A DNA stretch of 64,000 nt from Eledone cirrhosa (lineage: Eukaryota), in NCBI GenBank assembly GCA_964016885.1, contig OZ024743.1:9052001-9116000 (forward strand), written 5' to 3'. Of the stretch, positions 1 to 13,412 are shown in pieces (position 1 is the first letter of the stretch; every line of letters begins with the position of its first letter). Made by a program: the position numbers and the translations under genes. The notes beneath the pieces are model-generated. The model was not told the origin of the DNA. It saw only the letters and a list, made by a program, of their open reading frames with translations, and ran no database searches.

Positions 1-1273
1 TCTACACAAAGAAACAGTTAGAGCAAAATCAAATAAAGATATTCAATAGGAGTAAAGTTCCCTAACTTTCGACTGGAGATATATTAAACTGTGATGTTGT
101 CGTGACCAGAATTATTGTATTACCATTACATGTTGATTGCTTTGTTTTGTATATAGATAAATATTTCATCCGTTGAAAGGCCTAAAGTAATCAATATATT
201 AATTGCATGTTGCAAGCAGAGAGGAAACGGACATGAAGCATTCTGTTCTGAGCAGAAACTCATTACTTATAACAGTTTCAAATGTAAACAATGATCTTTA
301 CAATAATCGTTATCACAAAACGGAAGGCGAAATCGCGCAATGTTTAGGCAATAGACAACCATTTGACTTTCCAAATAAGATTAAACATACAAATTAAATG
401 CCGAATCATTATATATTGGAGTCAGAGAGAATTGTTAGTTCACATATCCATGAAATGTAAAGAGAATGTTGTAATCTTGTGACAAATTTTTCCTCGATGT
501 TTCGTTTACATGATGGCAGTTTTATGTTATTCGTCAAGGGAATAATAGTCCTCCCATTTCTCAGAAAGATAGGCATTACGATATATAATTGGGTTGCATG
601 ATATATCAACACTTAAGATCTAGAAAACATTCCTCTGGTTTTTGGTAATTTATTTTTTCAAATGGAGAATAAACATTATTTTAGTTTCGTATTTGAATAT
701 TATTTTCTGGCTATAAAATGTATTGCTACGTTTAATAAAATAGTAATAAGTCTCTTGAGATTTTTAAAAGTTGTTTTTCTAAATACATTATATTAACCCC
801 TTTCAGTACTGATTTAAAAAAAAGAATGGTTTGAAAATGGTTAATTTTGATCACGGTAAATCAATATTTGTATGTGCATTTGTTTCTGAAAATATGCACA
901 TGGCAAACTTTGGTACCAACAGTATTATAAGTTGGAACAACTTTATCACAGTAATATCCCTATTACTTAATATGATTAGCAATAAAAATAAGAAAAATTA
1001 CCACTCATTGTTAGATTATGATAAATATTGGAAATAAATTTCAGTAGAAAGCAAACTTTATTTTGGGATCTATTTGCTACTATAGTATTAAAGGGTTCAA
1101 AATAACCTTTAATCTACAACTTGTATTTCATACAAATATGGCTGTCATTTTATCCGACAGACGCTTTAGCAATATCGTCTTATTTATTTTATATTGTATT
1201 GTAATTGTGAACGCTAACGTCATTGATTACATGCCTCCAACGATATTTTTGACAACCTGAACAGACATTATAT

Positions 1274-2230
1274 ACTAGACATGAAAAATGCGCAAGCTCA
1301 AAAGTGCCACAGAATGTTATAATAAACCTTCAAAAGTGTGGGACTAGAGTTGTTGCTAAAAAATATTGTAATCATTATATATCGTACATTCTGTGGCATC
1401 CTTTATAAAAATAGCTTAAACCAACGAAGCCTTTATTTTTACGCTATTTCACTTAGTTAATTCTTAGAGTGTAACATATAAAAATATCATTTACAACTAT
1501 AAAATAAATTAATTAATATAATAACAGAGCTGCGGAGCTGAAATTTAGGAAATAATGGAGTATCGGATCCTGAGTCGGAGCCAGTCAATTTTTGGCCGAC
1601 TCCGCAGCCCTGTATAATACATTTCATATTAAAGTTATTAATAAACCTATTTTACACTTCATGCAAATTACCACGAGATATTGATATTAGATATAAGATA
1701 CAGCGCAATATCTACAGCTGTAAAAGTACGAAAGCGAAGTAATAATAAGTGGCTTAAGGTAATTCCAATATGAAAGTTTGTAGTGATAAAAATTTGATAA
1801 TGCAATACGATTGTTAATATTATAGTTCTATGAAAATGTAACAATAGATAACTAAATTATTTTACTATTAGTATATTTAAGAAATTATCATTATAGATTT
1901 GATCGTTCATATAAGCATCATATTAAGTTTCAACACAATTATTTTGTTACTATGAGTATATGATAATAATATTACGTAATTATTTATAGCTGTTATTACA
2001 TTAAACATAGATGTATTTATTTTTATATGTTACACTCTAAGAATTAACTAAGTGAAATAGCGTAAAAATAAAGGCTTCGTTGGTTTAAGCTATTTTTATA
2101 AAGGATGCCACAGAATGTACGATATATAATGATTACAATATTTTTTAGCAACAACTCTAGTCCCACACTTTTGAAGGTTTATTATAACATTCTGTGGCAC
2201 TTTTGAGCTTGCGCATTTTTCATGTCTAGT
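1274..2230. mobile_element. Foldback element: 213-bp inverted repeats (1274-1486 / 2018-2230) around a ~530-bp AT-rich spacer
   Basis: ACTAGACATGAAAAATGCGCAAGCTC...GTAACATATAAAAATA recurs as its reverse complement at 2018-2230 with no mismatch seen by eye. Each arm also holds an internal IR (TGCCACAGAATGT / ACATTCTGTGGCA). Confidence 0.85.
1525..1612. mobile_element. 88-bp hAT-type MITE
   Basis: TIRs CAGAGCTGCGGAG / CTCCGCAGCCCTG (1 mismatch). 8-bp TSD TATAATAA (1517-1524) / TATAATAC (1613-1620); 8-bp TSDs are characteristic of hAT. Confidence 0.75.
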
Positions 2231-2787
2231 TTAATATTTTTTTAAGGCAACGCTTGTAATAACTCTAGTTAAACAGGATATATATTAATAATAAATTATC
2301 GTTGTAATGTAATTAGATTATGTAATTGTTATTATAAATTATCTTATAAATATTAGTGTAAGATGTATAAAAATATTTTCAGACTTTTAATATAAACAAC
2401 TACAAAAAACAATCAATATTAAATCAATATATTATACATAATAGAAAACATAAAATATACAATACAAAAACAAAATATTTACATACAATTGCAATTATCA
2501 GTGTATATACATTTTCTTTATATTCCCTGAGCAAATTAATAAGATTTGTTTTTATTGTACATAATTTGATGACTTGTTGGAGTGTATTAAAAGATAGCAA
2601 CAATTTGTGATTAAATTGTTATCTTAAGCAACTCACTTTTTAATAGTTGTTGGCTGAGCGAAATTGTAAAAGCCTATGAGCAAATATAAAAAAAAATACA
2701 CAAACAACATTTCCTTGTGTTATTACAACATTAGATAAAATAATTGAGCAATGTCGTTATATTTTGCTCTTATTGCACATTAATAGT

Positions 2788-2955
2788 GTTTCTATTTTTC
2801 GGCACAAATCCATTACGGCAGTCCATTACTGGTACTTTATTTTATCGAATTAGTAAGTATGAAAGTCGAAGTTAACCTCGGCAGGATTTGAACTTAGAAT
2901 GCAAAGGACCATAACAATACTGCAAAGCATGGTGTCTGACGCTCTACCAATACTT
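2788..2955 (-). mobile_element. tRNA-derived SINE family A, diverged copy
   Basis: Reverse complement has a B-box-like AAGTTCAAATCC and the family core ...CGATAAAATAAAGTACCAGTAATG. Confidence 0.75.
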
Positions 2956-3346
2956 GTGTTGAGCTGGTCATTAATTTATGGTGGTCGTGCGTGGAGTAGA
3001 GCAATCGCTAGTTGAAATATTATGAACAAAACATTTTTATTTGCCGAAGAACATATTTTCAATACTGTTTGTGAATGTGACGAAGGAAATACATTCTGAT
3101 ATGGAACAGTGTACAAAGTGTGTCTGTGAATAACATAATGTTACCTCATGTTGTTGTCAAGACATAATGGATTTCGTATATCCAGTTAGAAGATGAAACC
3201 TAGCCATCTCGGATTAGTTATATTTCATGCCATGTGTAAACGTGTTTGAGGATAGCAAAATATGCGCGTTAATTATAATAATTAGTTAATAATATTACAA
3301 AATATACCTAATTAAACTCTTTGCTTGAAATTTTATCATTCTTCGT

Positions 3347-3387
<41 letters not shown>

Positions 3388-4000
3388 TTTATCTAGTCCT
3401 TCGCTCAAGATTAATCTATAAGTTTAGATGTTTGCCTTCGTTTAAGTAAATATTACAGTAAGATTTTTAATATAAACAACTACAAAAAACAATTAATATT
3501 AAAACGAAAAAATTATCAATGATAAAAGAAGCGGATGCAACTTTTTTTTTTATAAAGTTATATTCCTGTTTCTTTAAAGAACATTTCATTTTTGTTCTAT
3601 TGTAGGCGAAATAATGCAATGGTTTAATAGGGAAGATATAACTTACGAATTATGTCTCTAACCGTGTAACGCTTTTTAAGTAGATAACTACAATTGAAAA
3701 TACTAAAGAAATGGAACCAACAATTCAATTTGAAAGTCGTCTAGTGACAGTGTATTACTGGTACTTTATTTTATCGACCCCGTAACGATGAAAGGCAAAA
3801 ATGCAAATGCTTAAAATTTAAATTGCCTTAATTCTATCGTCTGCTGTTTCATTAAAGGGAGATTATCGTCTGTATTTAATTCTATCGTCTACTGTTCCAC
3901 TAAACAGATATACCTCCACTATCGTCTCTATTTATACATTTTAACTTATAACTTATACACATTTGATTTGAAATATTTTATCTAGTCCCCCCTCTCAATA

Positions 4001-4055
4001 TTATGATGATTTCTTTCGAATGAAACAGTTCTAGTCCTGTAGAAACCATTTATAT
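4001..4055 (+). mobile_element. Fragment of a hammerhead-like TA-associated element (same family as 39733-39921 and 61684-61820)
   Basis: ATGATGATTTC-TTTC-GAATGAAACAGTTCTAGTCCTGTAGAA closely matches 39792-39832 and is followed by a TA run. Confidence 0.65.
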
Positions 4056-4737
4056 ATATAATTGAACTGAGTTAAAAATTCACAATATTTATAATTAAAT
4101 AAGCTCATATATATATGTGTGTATTTATCTGTTTATTGTATTATATATAATGTGTGTATATACAGGATGTCCCCCAAAAATATATACACACTTCAACAGC
4201 ATTCTAATAACTATTGCCTGTACAGGTAATCAAAGTGTCAATCGAATGTTAGTTTCGTGTTTTAACAGTACAAATTTACAATACACACATAAAACCAGTG
4301 TATATACATACATGAGTGTGTATACACATACATGAATGTGTATATACAATATATATGTATATATATATAGACACATATATTCACGGTGCAACGGTACATT
4401 AAAATATAGATGTGGGAGAGGGGGGGGGTGTATATATAGGGACGCTGGGGATAAAGGAGTGTAAAGCGTGTGTAATTGATATATTGAAGGAGAGGAGCGT
4501 GCAGCGATAGAGTAACAAATATATAGAGAGGGGGAGAGATGGTATTGAAGGGGAGGAGTGCAAAGCGAAAGAGTAAGAGATATATATAGAGACGGAACAG
4601 ATAGAGAGAAACAGGCGTAAGTAACAGTGGAAGAGATATAGAGAGAGGTACTCTGATTGGTTGAAAATTAGCCAATGACATACGATCACCACCACCACGG
4701 CTATCCCCGAAAAATTTTTTAAGAAGCTACGCATATA

Positions 4738-4792
4738 TGTTAGAACACGAAAAGTGAACATTCTGTTGTTTCACACTTTTCGTGTTCTAACA
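4738..4792. repeat. 19-bp inverted repeat (hairpin) flanked by TA
   Basis: TGTTAGAACACGAAAAGTG (4738-4756) / CACTTTTCGTGTTCTAACA (4774-4792). Confidence 0.85.
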
Positions 4793-6388
4793 GATATATA
4801 TCACTTGCACAACAGTAATTCTATTTGATAGGTTATTAATAAAATATGAAGTTTACTGACCAAGCATAGAATTTTTAGTACAACAATGCCCGAAAACGAC
4901 GAATAAAGGTTGTTAAATATTGTAGCAGAATATATGAAATTTATTACTCCGCAAACCAAAGAACACCTATTTCGAAGAGATGAGCTGTACATATTTATCT
5001 CGACATGTTTTCGTTATTTTGTATATTATTGCAGAGCGTTTTGTATTATGGTATGTATTATTGCAGAGCGTTTTGTATTATGGTAGCTAAATATACAATG
5101 TACATATTTTGGCATAGTGACACAAATGCCTAGAATGCAAAGAAATAGGACGCACACACACACATATATATATATATATAAATAAATAGGTCAGAGCAGT
5201 GTCTTTTTTGCTCCATTTTTATTTTCCAAAAGAAACCTATGACTGGTAATTTAATATATAACATAATGTATAGCATATAATATAGGCCGTATTCTGAAGT
5301 CTCATGCCCTACCTTTAGAACATCTTGCAAATAGTCGGTTGTCAATAGGCCTATACTTATACTGACTTAAATATTTATTCAATCCACTACAAATAGCAGC
5401 TAAAGCTTGTTTAAATCACATAATATTGTTTAAAAAAGGTAGGACATATTTGATATAGTAGAATGCGTGAATCAAAACGGGGATGATCACAGCAAGAAAA
5501 ATCAGAATTCTCCTTGATCTCAACCCTAATAACAACACAACAAATTCCGCATTTTATTTGTGATACTGCTGAAGTTGATTTACTATTCATTCCTTAGTAC
5601 TTAACATAAAAGAGTACCATTAAAATCAATTGTCTATATGCCTCTTTTAGAAATTTGTGGTCGTGTGCCAGCTTGAGGAATCAATATTTATATTATGGAG
5701 GCATGCATTAAGATACTTTTAGCGAGATAAAGTTACAATTAATATTCAAATGAATAGCGGTCTCAAAAGAATATTGAAATCTACGTGTAGGTATGTATAC
5801 GTGTGCCAAACGGTGGATCTTATAGAAAATTCAATTATCAGGAAATTTTGTCTCTTTCAACAATCAATTAATTTCTGATTCAACTACAGTTGTTCATAAA
5901 ATACATTAGAGTATATTGAATCTAAAGAGAAAGAACTTAATGAAGGTAGGGCCATTTGCCATTCGCTTGGTCTTTCTGTTTGTGTCGTCGATGTCTGAAG
6001 CAGTATTTAGATTTGATAGATTCCTTTCAACCTTCTTTCGTCCCTTCCTTCCTCCCTCCCCCTCTCTTCCTTACTTCCTTTCTTCACTCCTTCCTTCCTC
6101 CCTTCTTTCATTTAAAACAGAGTTAATCGTACTATCATCATTTACTTCCTTACAGTAAGTTGCTTTCATTTACTTTCTTACACTAGCTTTCATTTTTTCC
6201 GACATTATAACTTTTGTTTCATCAACGCAGCCTCAACAGGATCACGTCTCTAAATCTCTAAAGCTAGTTACTGTCTCAATAATTGGATATCTTCATTGAA
6301 CTCCTCAGTCATATTCACAAGCGCTAAATTATTTATTTACCTCACACCTACCTATTATTTTCTGATTGACAGAAATTGTTTGCTTCAG

Positions 6389-6585
6389 TAGACCTGTCAA
6401 CCCCCCCCCCCATCTGACGGGGAGATCTCCCAACCACTTTGGGGTAAGTGAGAGGTGTCTTCTCTTGTGATTATGGGTATAATTTTCATTATGTAAAATT
6501 TCCCCATTTTGCCTAATTTCTCCCCGTTTTGGGGCACTTTTTTCAAGGTACTCTTCGTTTGGAATGTTAGAGGTTGGCAGGTCTG
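6389..6585 (+). mobile_element. MITE family M6 (TIR CAGACCTGYCAAC), copy 1
   Basis: TAGACCTGTCAAC ... GTTGGCAGGTCTG. Body is homologous to 32768-32949 and 50434-50608. Flanks CTTCAG / CATCAG (5/6). Confidence 0.75.
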
Positions 6586-8944
6586 CATCAGAGAAGAAAC
6601 AAGTGATATTATAACGGTGTAAATATCTGGAAATATTTGAGTATCCATCCATGTTTTGTACAACGTTCTAAACTGTCTTTTTCGAATTTTCAATTTCTTA
6701 TACCATAGTAAGATTAGAGGTATTACTAACCGTAATAAGAGGTATTAAACCCACAATTATAAATAGCATATATATTTGTTTACATTTACAGCAGTATATA
6801 CAATTTCTTGACTTGCCATGAACAGATATATTCAGTTATGTATGATTTAAACTACTGATTTCGATTGAAGGTGAAATGATAGTTGTAGAGTTCATTTAGC
6901 ACATATGAATGATACTAGCAGCATAATTAAATTGAACGTGTTGCAAACGGTAATCGAAAACGTGGAGGTTATCTTTATAGCGCTTGCCATAAAGCCCTTA
7001 GGTAAAAAGTTACATCAAATTAAGAAAATAACAGTTAGGATATTAATACTATCAGTTACACCTCAATATGTGTTGCTTTACAAAAATAGACTTCTGCAGA
7101 TTTGGTCAGTACTATTATCTTTCAACATAGCATTTTCTTTTATCTTTCTTTTCTCAGTTTCTCTACCATGTTTCTGTTGAATATTTCTTTTTCATTCTAA
7201 AAGAAAAAATGCTTCTATCTAGTATCTTTCAATGCTCAAACCTAAATACACTGGACATCTTCGTCTCTTCTCATCCCATCAAATTCAGTGCACCTCATTT
7301 CGTGACATTCTAATGTTTTGCTGTTCTTCCTCAAAGCTATATATCTATTTGGGATTTACTTCACATCTATCTTTTTTCTGCAACCATTAACTTGCAATCT
7401 CTAAATTTACCCCACTAAGCATATTAATGCTACCCATTTATACATATCACATAGTTTAATGCCTTATTTTCTATAAAACCCATAAAAATAAAAGGATTGG
7501 AATGTATGTGTGTGTTTTTGTGCGCGCGAGTTTATATGACAATGGTTTATACTATTTCAGAATTTCTCTCTCTATATATTATGTTAGTTATATTTGTATG
7601 TTTTATGACACTCCAGTAACTCCAGTCACCAGAAAATATCTTTATGTCTGTTAGTAAAAGTATTTCTATATTTTCATTTATAAATGAAATTATTCAAGAA
7701 TAGAAGAGGATTAGGTTTTTCCATAACTTTATTTCCAACGTTTGGAAATGTTTTTAACATACTGCACCACTCAGGTTAGTAGCAATAGTACTTTCCCCAA
7801 ATCTCTTGTTTTATATCTATGATTGATATTGGTGAAACTAATAAGAAAGCCTATCAATGTATAACCATAGAAAAGAAACTTGCAAAGCAGAACAGAAAAA
7901 ATGGAAATAAAGCAAGTCATTAATCTGAAAGTAGCTTTTGTAATAACTTTAGAGTTGTAACTACACAGTAATAGGATCATAGTTGTGTTGAAGTGGTGCA
8001 TTTAGTGTGTAATCAACCATGAAAGCCATCAATATCACTTAAAAGATTTCCTGCAGTCACTGAAAGCATCAGCTTTCTAGAAGCTAAAGAATACGACTAC
8101 AGCTTTAAATCAATGTGTTTTGAAAGTGATTTATCAACTCATTGACCTTTAACATTCAATAGGATTTTGACTGAGGAAACCAATATGATTTATTAAATAA
8201 CTTTTCTTGTCAGCTCTGCAGTGATATTTTTGTTAAACCTTTTAATGGAAACTATTCTTGCTAATCTGTTATAAGAAATCCTCTTGTCATTGAATCAAAG
8301 ATTCGATATCTTTGTACATTATTATCACTGGGAAGATATTTTGTAGCTTTGATCTTCATTTCAACATATCACATCAAACTCTCTTTCTATTCTTATTCAT
8401 AATGTCTATTGTTCGTTACATCAATGATGGGACTTCTTCTAAGTTCCTTAAGAAACAGATGTATGGAAGTTTGATGTGAGATAAAACTGTAAAAACGACA
8501 TATTTAAAAATACTGAAGTTGTGTAATTGATGACGGTACACAAATACTGAAGTTGTGTGATAACGGTACAGAAATAGAGAGATGACTAATGAAAGATCGA
8601 GGAAGGAAGAAACATCTTTCATATATGAGGGACCGAATTCTGAAGAGCACTAAATTCATTTAGGCTGGCACATGACAACACAAGCTAGTTCCTCGAAGAA
8701 TTGTATTGAGGTGGATAAGTCATCAATTAATGAATACAAGAGATCTGTTATTCAAAGAATTATATGTTGTGTTTTTATTTAATGCATAATCTTCGTTGAG
8801 AAACAAGTTCACATGTGTAGTGTAAGGCTTTATAGTGATATTCGTTGTTTAACTCCACATATTTCTATTGTCTCTTATACATATAATTACATTCATGTGG
8901 CCCTACTAATAAAAGTAACTAGAAACAATTATTTAGATAGGAAA

Positions 8945-9165
8945 AGCGGCGGATTGGCAGCATCGGTAGAGCGTCGGACAACATGCTTGTGGCATAGATT
9001 TACAGTTATTTACGTTTTGAGTTTAAATCCCGCCGAGGTTAGCTTTACCTTTCCTCCTTACGGGGTCGATAAAATAAAACACCAGTAATGCATTGGGGTT
9101 GATTTAATCGACTTTCCCCGCCCTCAAAAACGTTTTCCTGGTGCCTAAATCAGAAACCATTATTG
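8945..9165 (+). mobile_element. tRNA-derived SINE family A
   Basis: A-box TGGCAGCATCGG, B-box GAGTTTAAATCC, core CCTTACGGGGTCGATAAAATAAAACACCAG, tail GAAACCATTATT. Confidence 0.85.
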
Positions 9166-10727
9166 AGATAAGAAAGCCCCATAAGCTCGACTGGAATAAC
9201 AGCCTCTGTTTTCGAGGGAATTAAACCATACTATATAGTACAAGCTCCAGAATCGTATTATTTGGGAGAGACTCACAGATAAACTTGCATGAAAAGCTTT
9301 GATCGATAGAAAATAAATTGAAGCATAATATATTCTATGCTTTCCTAACAGGTTTATTTAATTATTATCCGCCTGATACTCCAAGTTGTAATGAAAGCCT
9401 CGTATATATTATATAAGTCAACGAAATATTAGTGATTTTAACGAGGTTAACATCAGTAGTACCTCAGCCTTTTCTGTTTGTTACTATATCATAATATATG
9501 ATATTTTTTTTGCAAGTTGTAGTTTCTTTTACATATAGCTCTATTGTAATATATATATTTATAGTACTTACTATTGCTGAAACATTCCTGTATGCTAATT
9601 AATATGATGACCATTACATTCTTCATTTCAGCTCGTAATACTTATGGTTCAATTAGTGGTTTTATAATATAAAAACTTGCCATCATTATTGCATACTTTT
9701 CTATTGAGTTAAATTATAAATTGTTCTGAAAAACTAATGATCATCTGACAGCAACATGGTGAAGTAGTTTTTCTTCCATTAAAAAAATAATTATGCTGAA
9801 TACAGATTATCCGCAATTTTGACTTATTTCTTGACAAAAGAAACCCAATTTACTCAAATCTTTGATAATTGAAACACAAAAATTGTTTGGTAAGTGAAGC
9901 GTAAGGATTCTCTGTCAATTAAAGCATGCCAACCCTCTTTTAAATTTATGCTCTAACTTGTTATTGATTGCATCCGAAGTTAGATCAATTTCAGTCCGAA
10001 TGTTTCAAACATTCATTTTATGCTTTCTTATCGATCCAATCAATCGGTAAGATTAGAGATATAGTTTATATTTCCGCTAGCACAGGCAGGAATATAACAT
10101 ATGTTGCTTTTACAATTGAAGTTTCACGAATATCACTACCTCTATCAATAGATACATACAGGCATGCTGAGAAAGAAAGAAAGAGAGAGAGAGAGAGGGA
10201 GAAATGGGGAGAGAGAGAGAAAGTGAGAGAGAAAGAGAGAGGGAGAGAGATACATAAATAGGCAGACAGATAGATACATAGATAGACATACAGATAGACA
10301 ATGGCAGACAGCATAAGGTTCGATAAGTCGATTCATACATGCATAAAACACACACGTGCACACACAGAGGCCTAATGGCTAAATAGTTCACTTCGTAATC
10401 ATAAGATTTCGGCTGGATGTGTACAACAACCATTGTAATATGCCATGTGTATTTGTGTATTTGTTTATATATCTCTGTCTGTAACTCTTTAAAATCTACA
10501 CACACGAACACATACATTAATTGTATTTCCTGTTTAGGTCATGTTGATACAGTAAGAAGTTCACCTTCCGATCATAATTTCCTGGGTTCAACATTTGCTC
10601 CTATGATTAGTTATTTCTCCAAAATTACTCATATAATCTTGTATGTCATTTGTAACTTTATAAGCTGAACATATGTAATTATATCTTAGAAATAAATTAA
10701 AATATCATTATTACCTTTAATCTTTAA

Positions 10728-10917
10728 GGGCGGTGAATTGGCAGTATCGGTAGAGGGTCGGATATGCTTTCCAGCATAGTTACGTCCCTTTACGATCTGA
10801 GTTCAATTCCCGCCGAGGTTAACTTTGCCTTTCATCCTTACAGGGTCGATAAAATAAAGTACCAGTAATGTACTGGGATAATTGCTGGCCTTGTGCCAAA
10901 AGTAGAAACAATTATTA
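10728..10917 (+). mobile_element. tRNA-derived SINE family A, full length
   Basis: A-box TGGCAGTATCGG, B-box GAGTTCAATTCC, central GCCTTTCATCCTTACAGGGTCGATAAAATAAAGTACCAG, (ATT)n tail. The central part resembles the Meta/MESC-type SINE domain (from recall, unverified). Flanking duplication ATTATTAYCTTTAA; the empty site is visible in the paralogous segment at ~54460. Confidence 0.9.
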
Positions 10918-11433
10918 TCTTTAATCACTTCCACGTGTCCGTAATCAACATAAACTTTAGGGTTTCTCTTATGCAAACTATACATTTATCAAAACGCAAA
11001 TTTCTTAGTTTTTTTATTGTTCATATTTCCAGTAATCCTGGTATATATGGAATACCAATTCTGGACTCCAAATGATGATATAGAAATTCTCGCCTTCCTA
11101 CCTCAAACTTCCCAATGTAATATAATCTTGCTCACTGCCCCCTCATAACTCAAAATACCCCCCTCCCTCATTCTTTGGAGGCGGCATAGACGCTTTTGGA
11201 TTCTTGTTACCTAGCCTATTAATGCAGCAGGAAAAAATGTTTAAAATTGTTAAGTAAACAATATGTTTGTAAAAACCAATTTGTTGTAGTGCAATGTTTC
11301 ATCTCACAGATGAGTAGCCTATTGAAAGAATCCGGACAGAACTTCAAGATGTCAGTTTAATTTTATACAACAAAATTTTGTAATTCGGTTTAATGATTTG
11401 GAATCAACTTGAAAGTTTACCGATTTATTTTTA

Positions 11434-11675
11434 GGCGAAAAATTGGCAGAGTCGTTAGAGTATCCGATTATATGTCAAGGTATCTATTCTGATCCTCGGT
11501 GCTATGTGTTCAAATCTAGCCGAGGTCAACACCGGGGTCGATAAATAAGTACAAATCTAGAGTCAGTGGCCTAGCGGAACCGTTAGTGTCGAATGGAAAG
11601 CTTTGCGGTATTTACTCCGGCTCTGTACGTTCTGATTTCAGATGCCGGCTTTTGTCACCGGAAAAGTGGTGATGC
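11434..11675 (+). mobile_element. Two adjacent degenerate SINE heads (family A-like), the second ending in a small hairpin
   Basis: TTGGCAGAGTCGTTAGAG...GTTCAAATC...GGGGTCGATAAATAAGTAC, then a second head ending GTCACCGGAAAAGTGGTGA. The same arrangement occurs at 52949-53200. Confidence 0.55.
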
Positions 11676-12354
11676 CGTCATTACCCAAACAGAGTAGCCT
11701 CACATGGAAAATAATTGGCCTACAAAAGCAGTTATGGACATTCTGAATTGAAAAAGGGAGTGGAAAGGCAAGAGCTCTAGGGTCACAGAAGAATGGGAGG
11801 GGGAGGGTGGTGGGCTCTCGGGCTAGGGCGTGCAGTATTGGGGCTGCACTCGAACGAAGACGGCTGAGTAAAGAACAGAGATAGTCTCTCCTTGCACGAA
11901 AGAGACAGCGATAAGACTAATTGAAATATATTCACAACGTTTCGTACTCTCTCCCGTAAGAAATTTATTAAACTTCATTTATGTTTGTTATTTAACAAAC
12001 ATGTTTGAAAGATAGGAAACAAGATAGGCAGATGGAAATGTCTTGCTTTCTTGATGTTTGTTTTAATTTTATCAGATTTTGTTAGAATAAGTGTTATACA
12101 CGGATGGTAGATTTTTATGAAATTTTAAGGATTGAATCAGTTGCTGTAAACATGTTATTTGTTAACCAGATTACTTGAGAATGTTGTTCGTAACGGCTCA
12201 GACATGTATATGTTCTTCTTTAAACACGCATGTATATATATGTGTGCAAAACATACATGTGTAGACGAATATTGGTATTTATGCGTATGTAACTATATAT
12301 CAGTATCTACAATTTGCGCCAAATTCTTTGAATTTTATATGTAAGTACATACAC

Positions 12355-12672
<318 letters not shown>

Positions 12673-13165
12673 AATGAGTGTATGTATGTGTATATGTAAT
12701 TTAGGATGATAAAATCACTTGAAAGGTGACGAGAGCAAGGACACTTACTACTTCCATGGTTTCTTTTAGAAGCAGACTAGGTTTCAAGTAAACGTTCAAT
12801 AGCATAAATAGATGCTTTGTGCCGGAGATAACTGCTTAAGCACTGATCTACGAATATTTTACTAAATAGTGTTAAAATATTTTCAGTATGCTTTCATCTA
12901 ATGCTGCTTTCGAATTTTTTTTATCAGTATTGATATAAATATAAAGGTTTCCATATCATAAACAGGATTGTATCAAACTGATAAAATGTTTATTGAAACC
13001 AACTTAACTAGAAAATATCTGTGAAAAAAGCTTTAACTATTGATAAAATCACCTTTAGCTATTTTCCAACCATTTTTTGTGTGAATAAACATGTAATCAC
13101 TCTTATATGTACAGACACAAGCACAAGTGCACTGTGCATACACATATATATAGAAGTGAATAAAC

Positions 13166-13221
<56 letters not shown>

Positions 13222-13248
13222 CATAAATATATTAATATATCAATATCA

Positions 13249-13344
<96 letters not shown>

Positions 13345-13374
13345 GTGTTTGTGTGTGTGTATATGTATGTATGA

Positions 13375-13412
<38 letters not shown>

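Noticed and set aside
2385-3503. ~40-bp direct repeat (2385-2423 / 3465-3503) as LTRs or a TSD
   Set aside because: Too short and AT-rich; no TG...CA ends, PBS or PPT.
8000-8760. Decayed transposase or RTE-like coding remnants
   Set aside because: Only a faint resemblance (e.g. KQMYGSL) with many stops.
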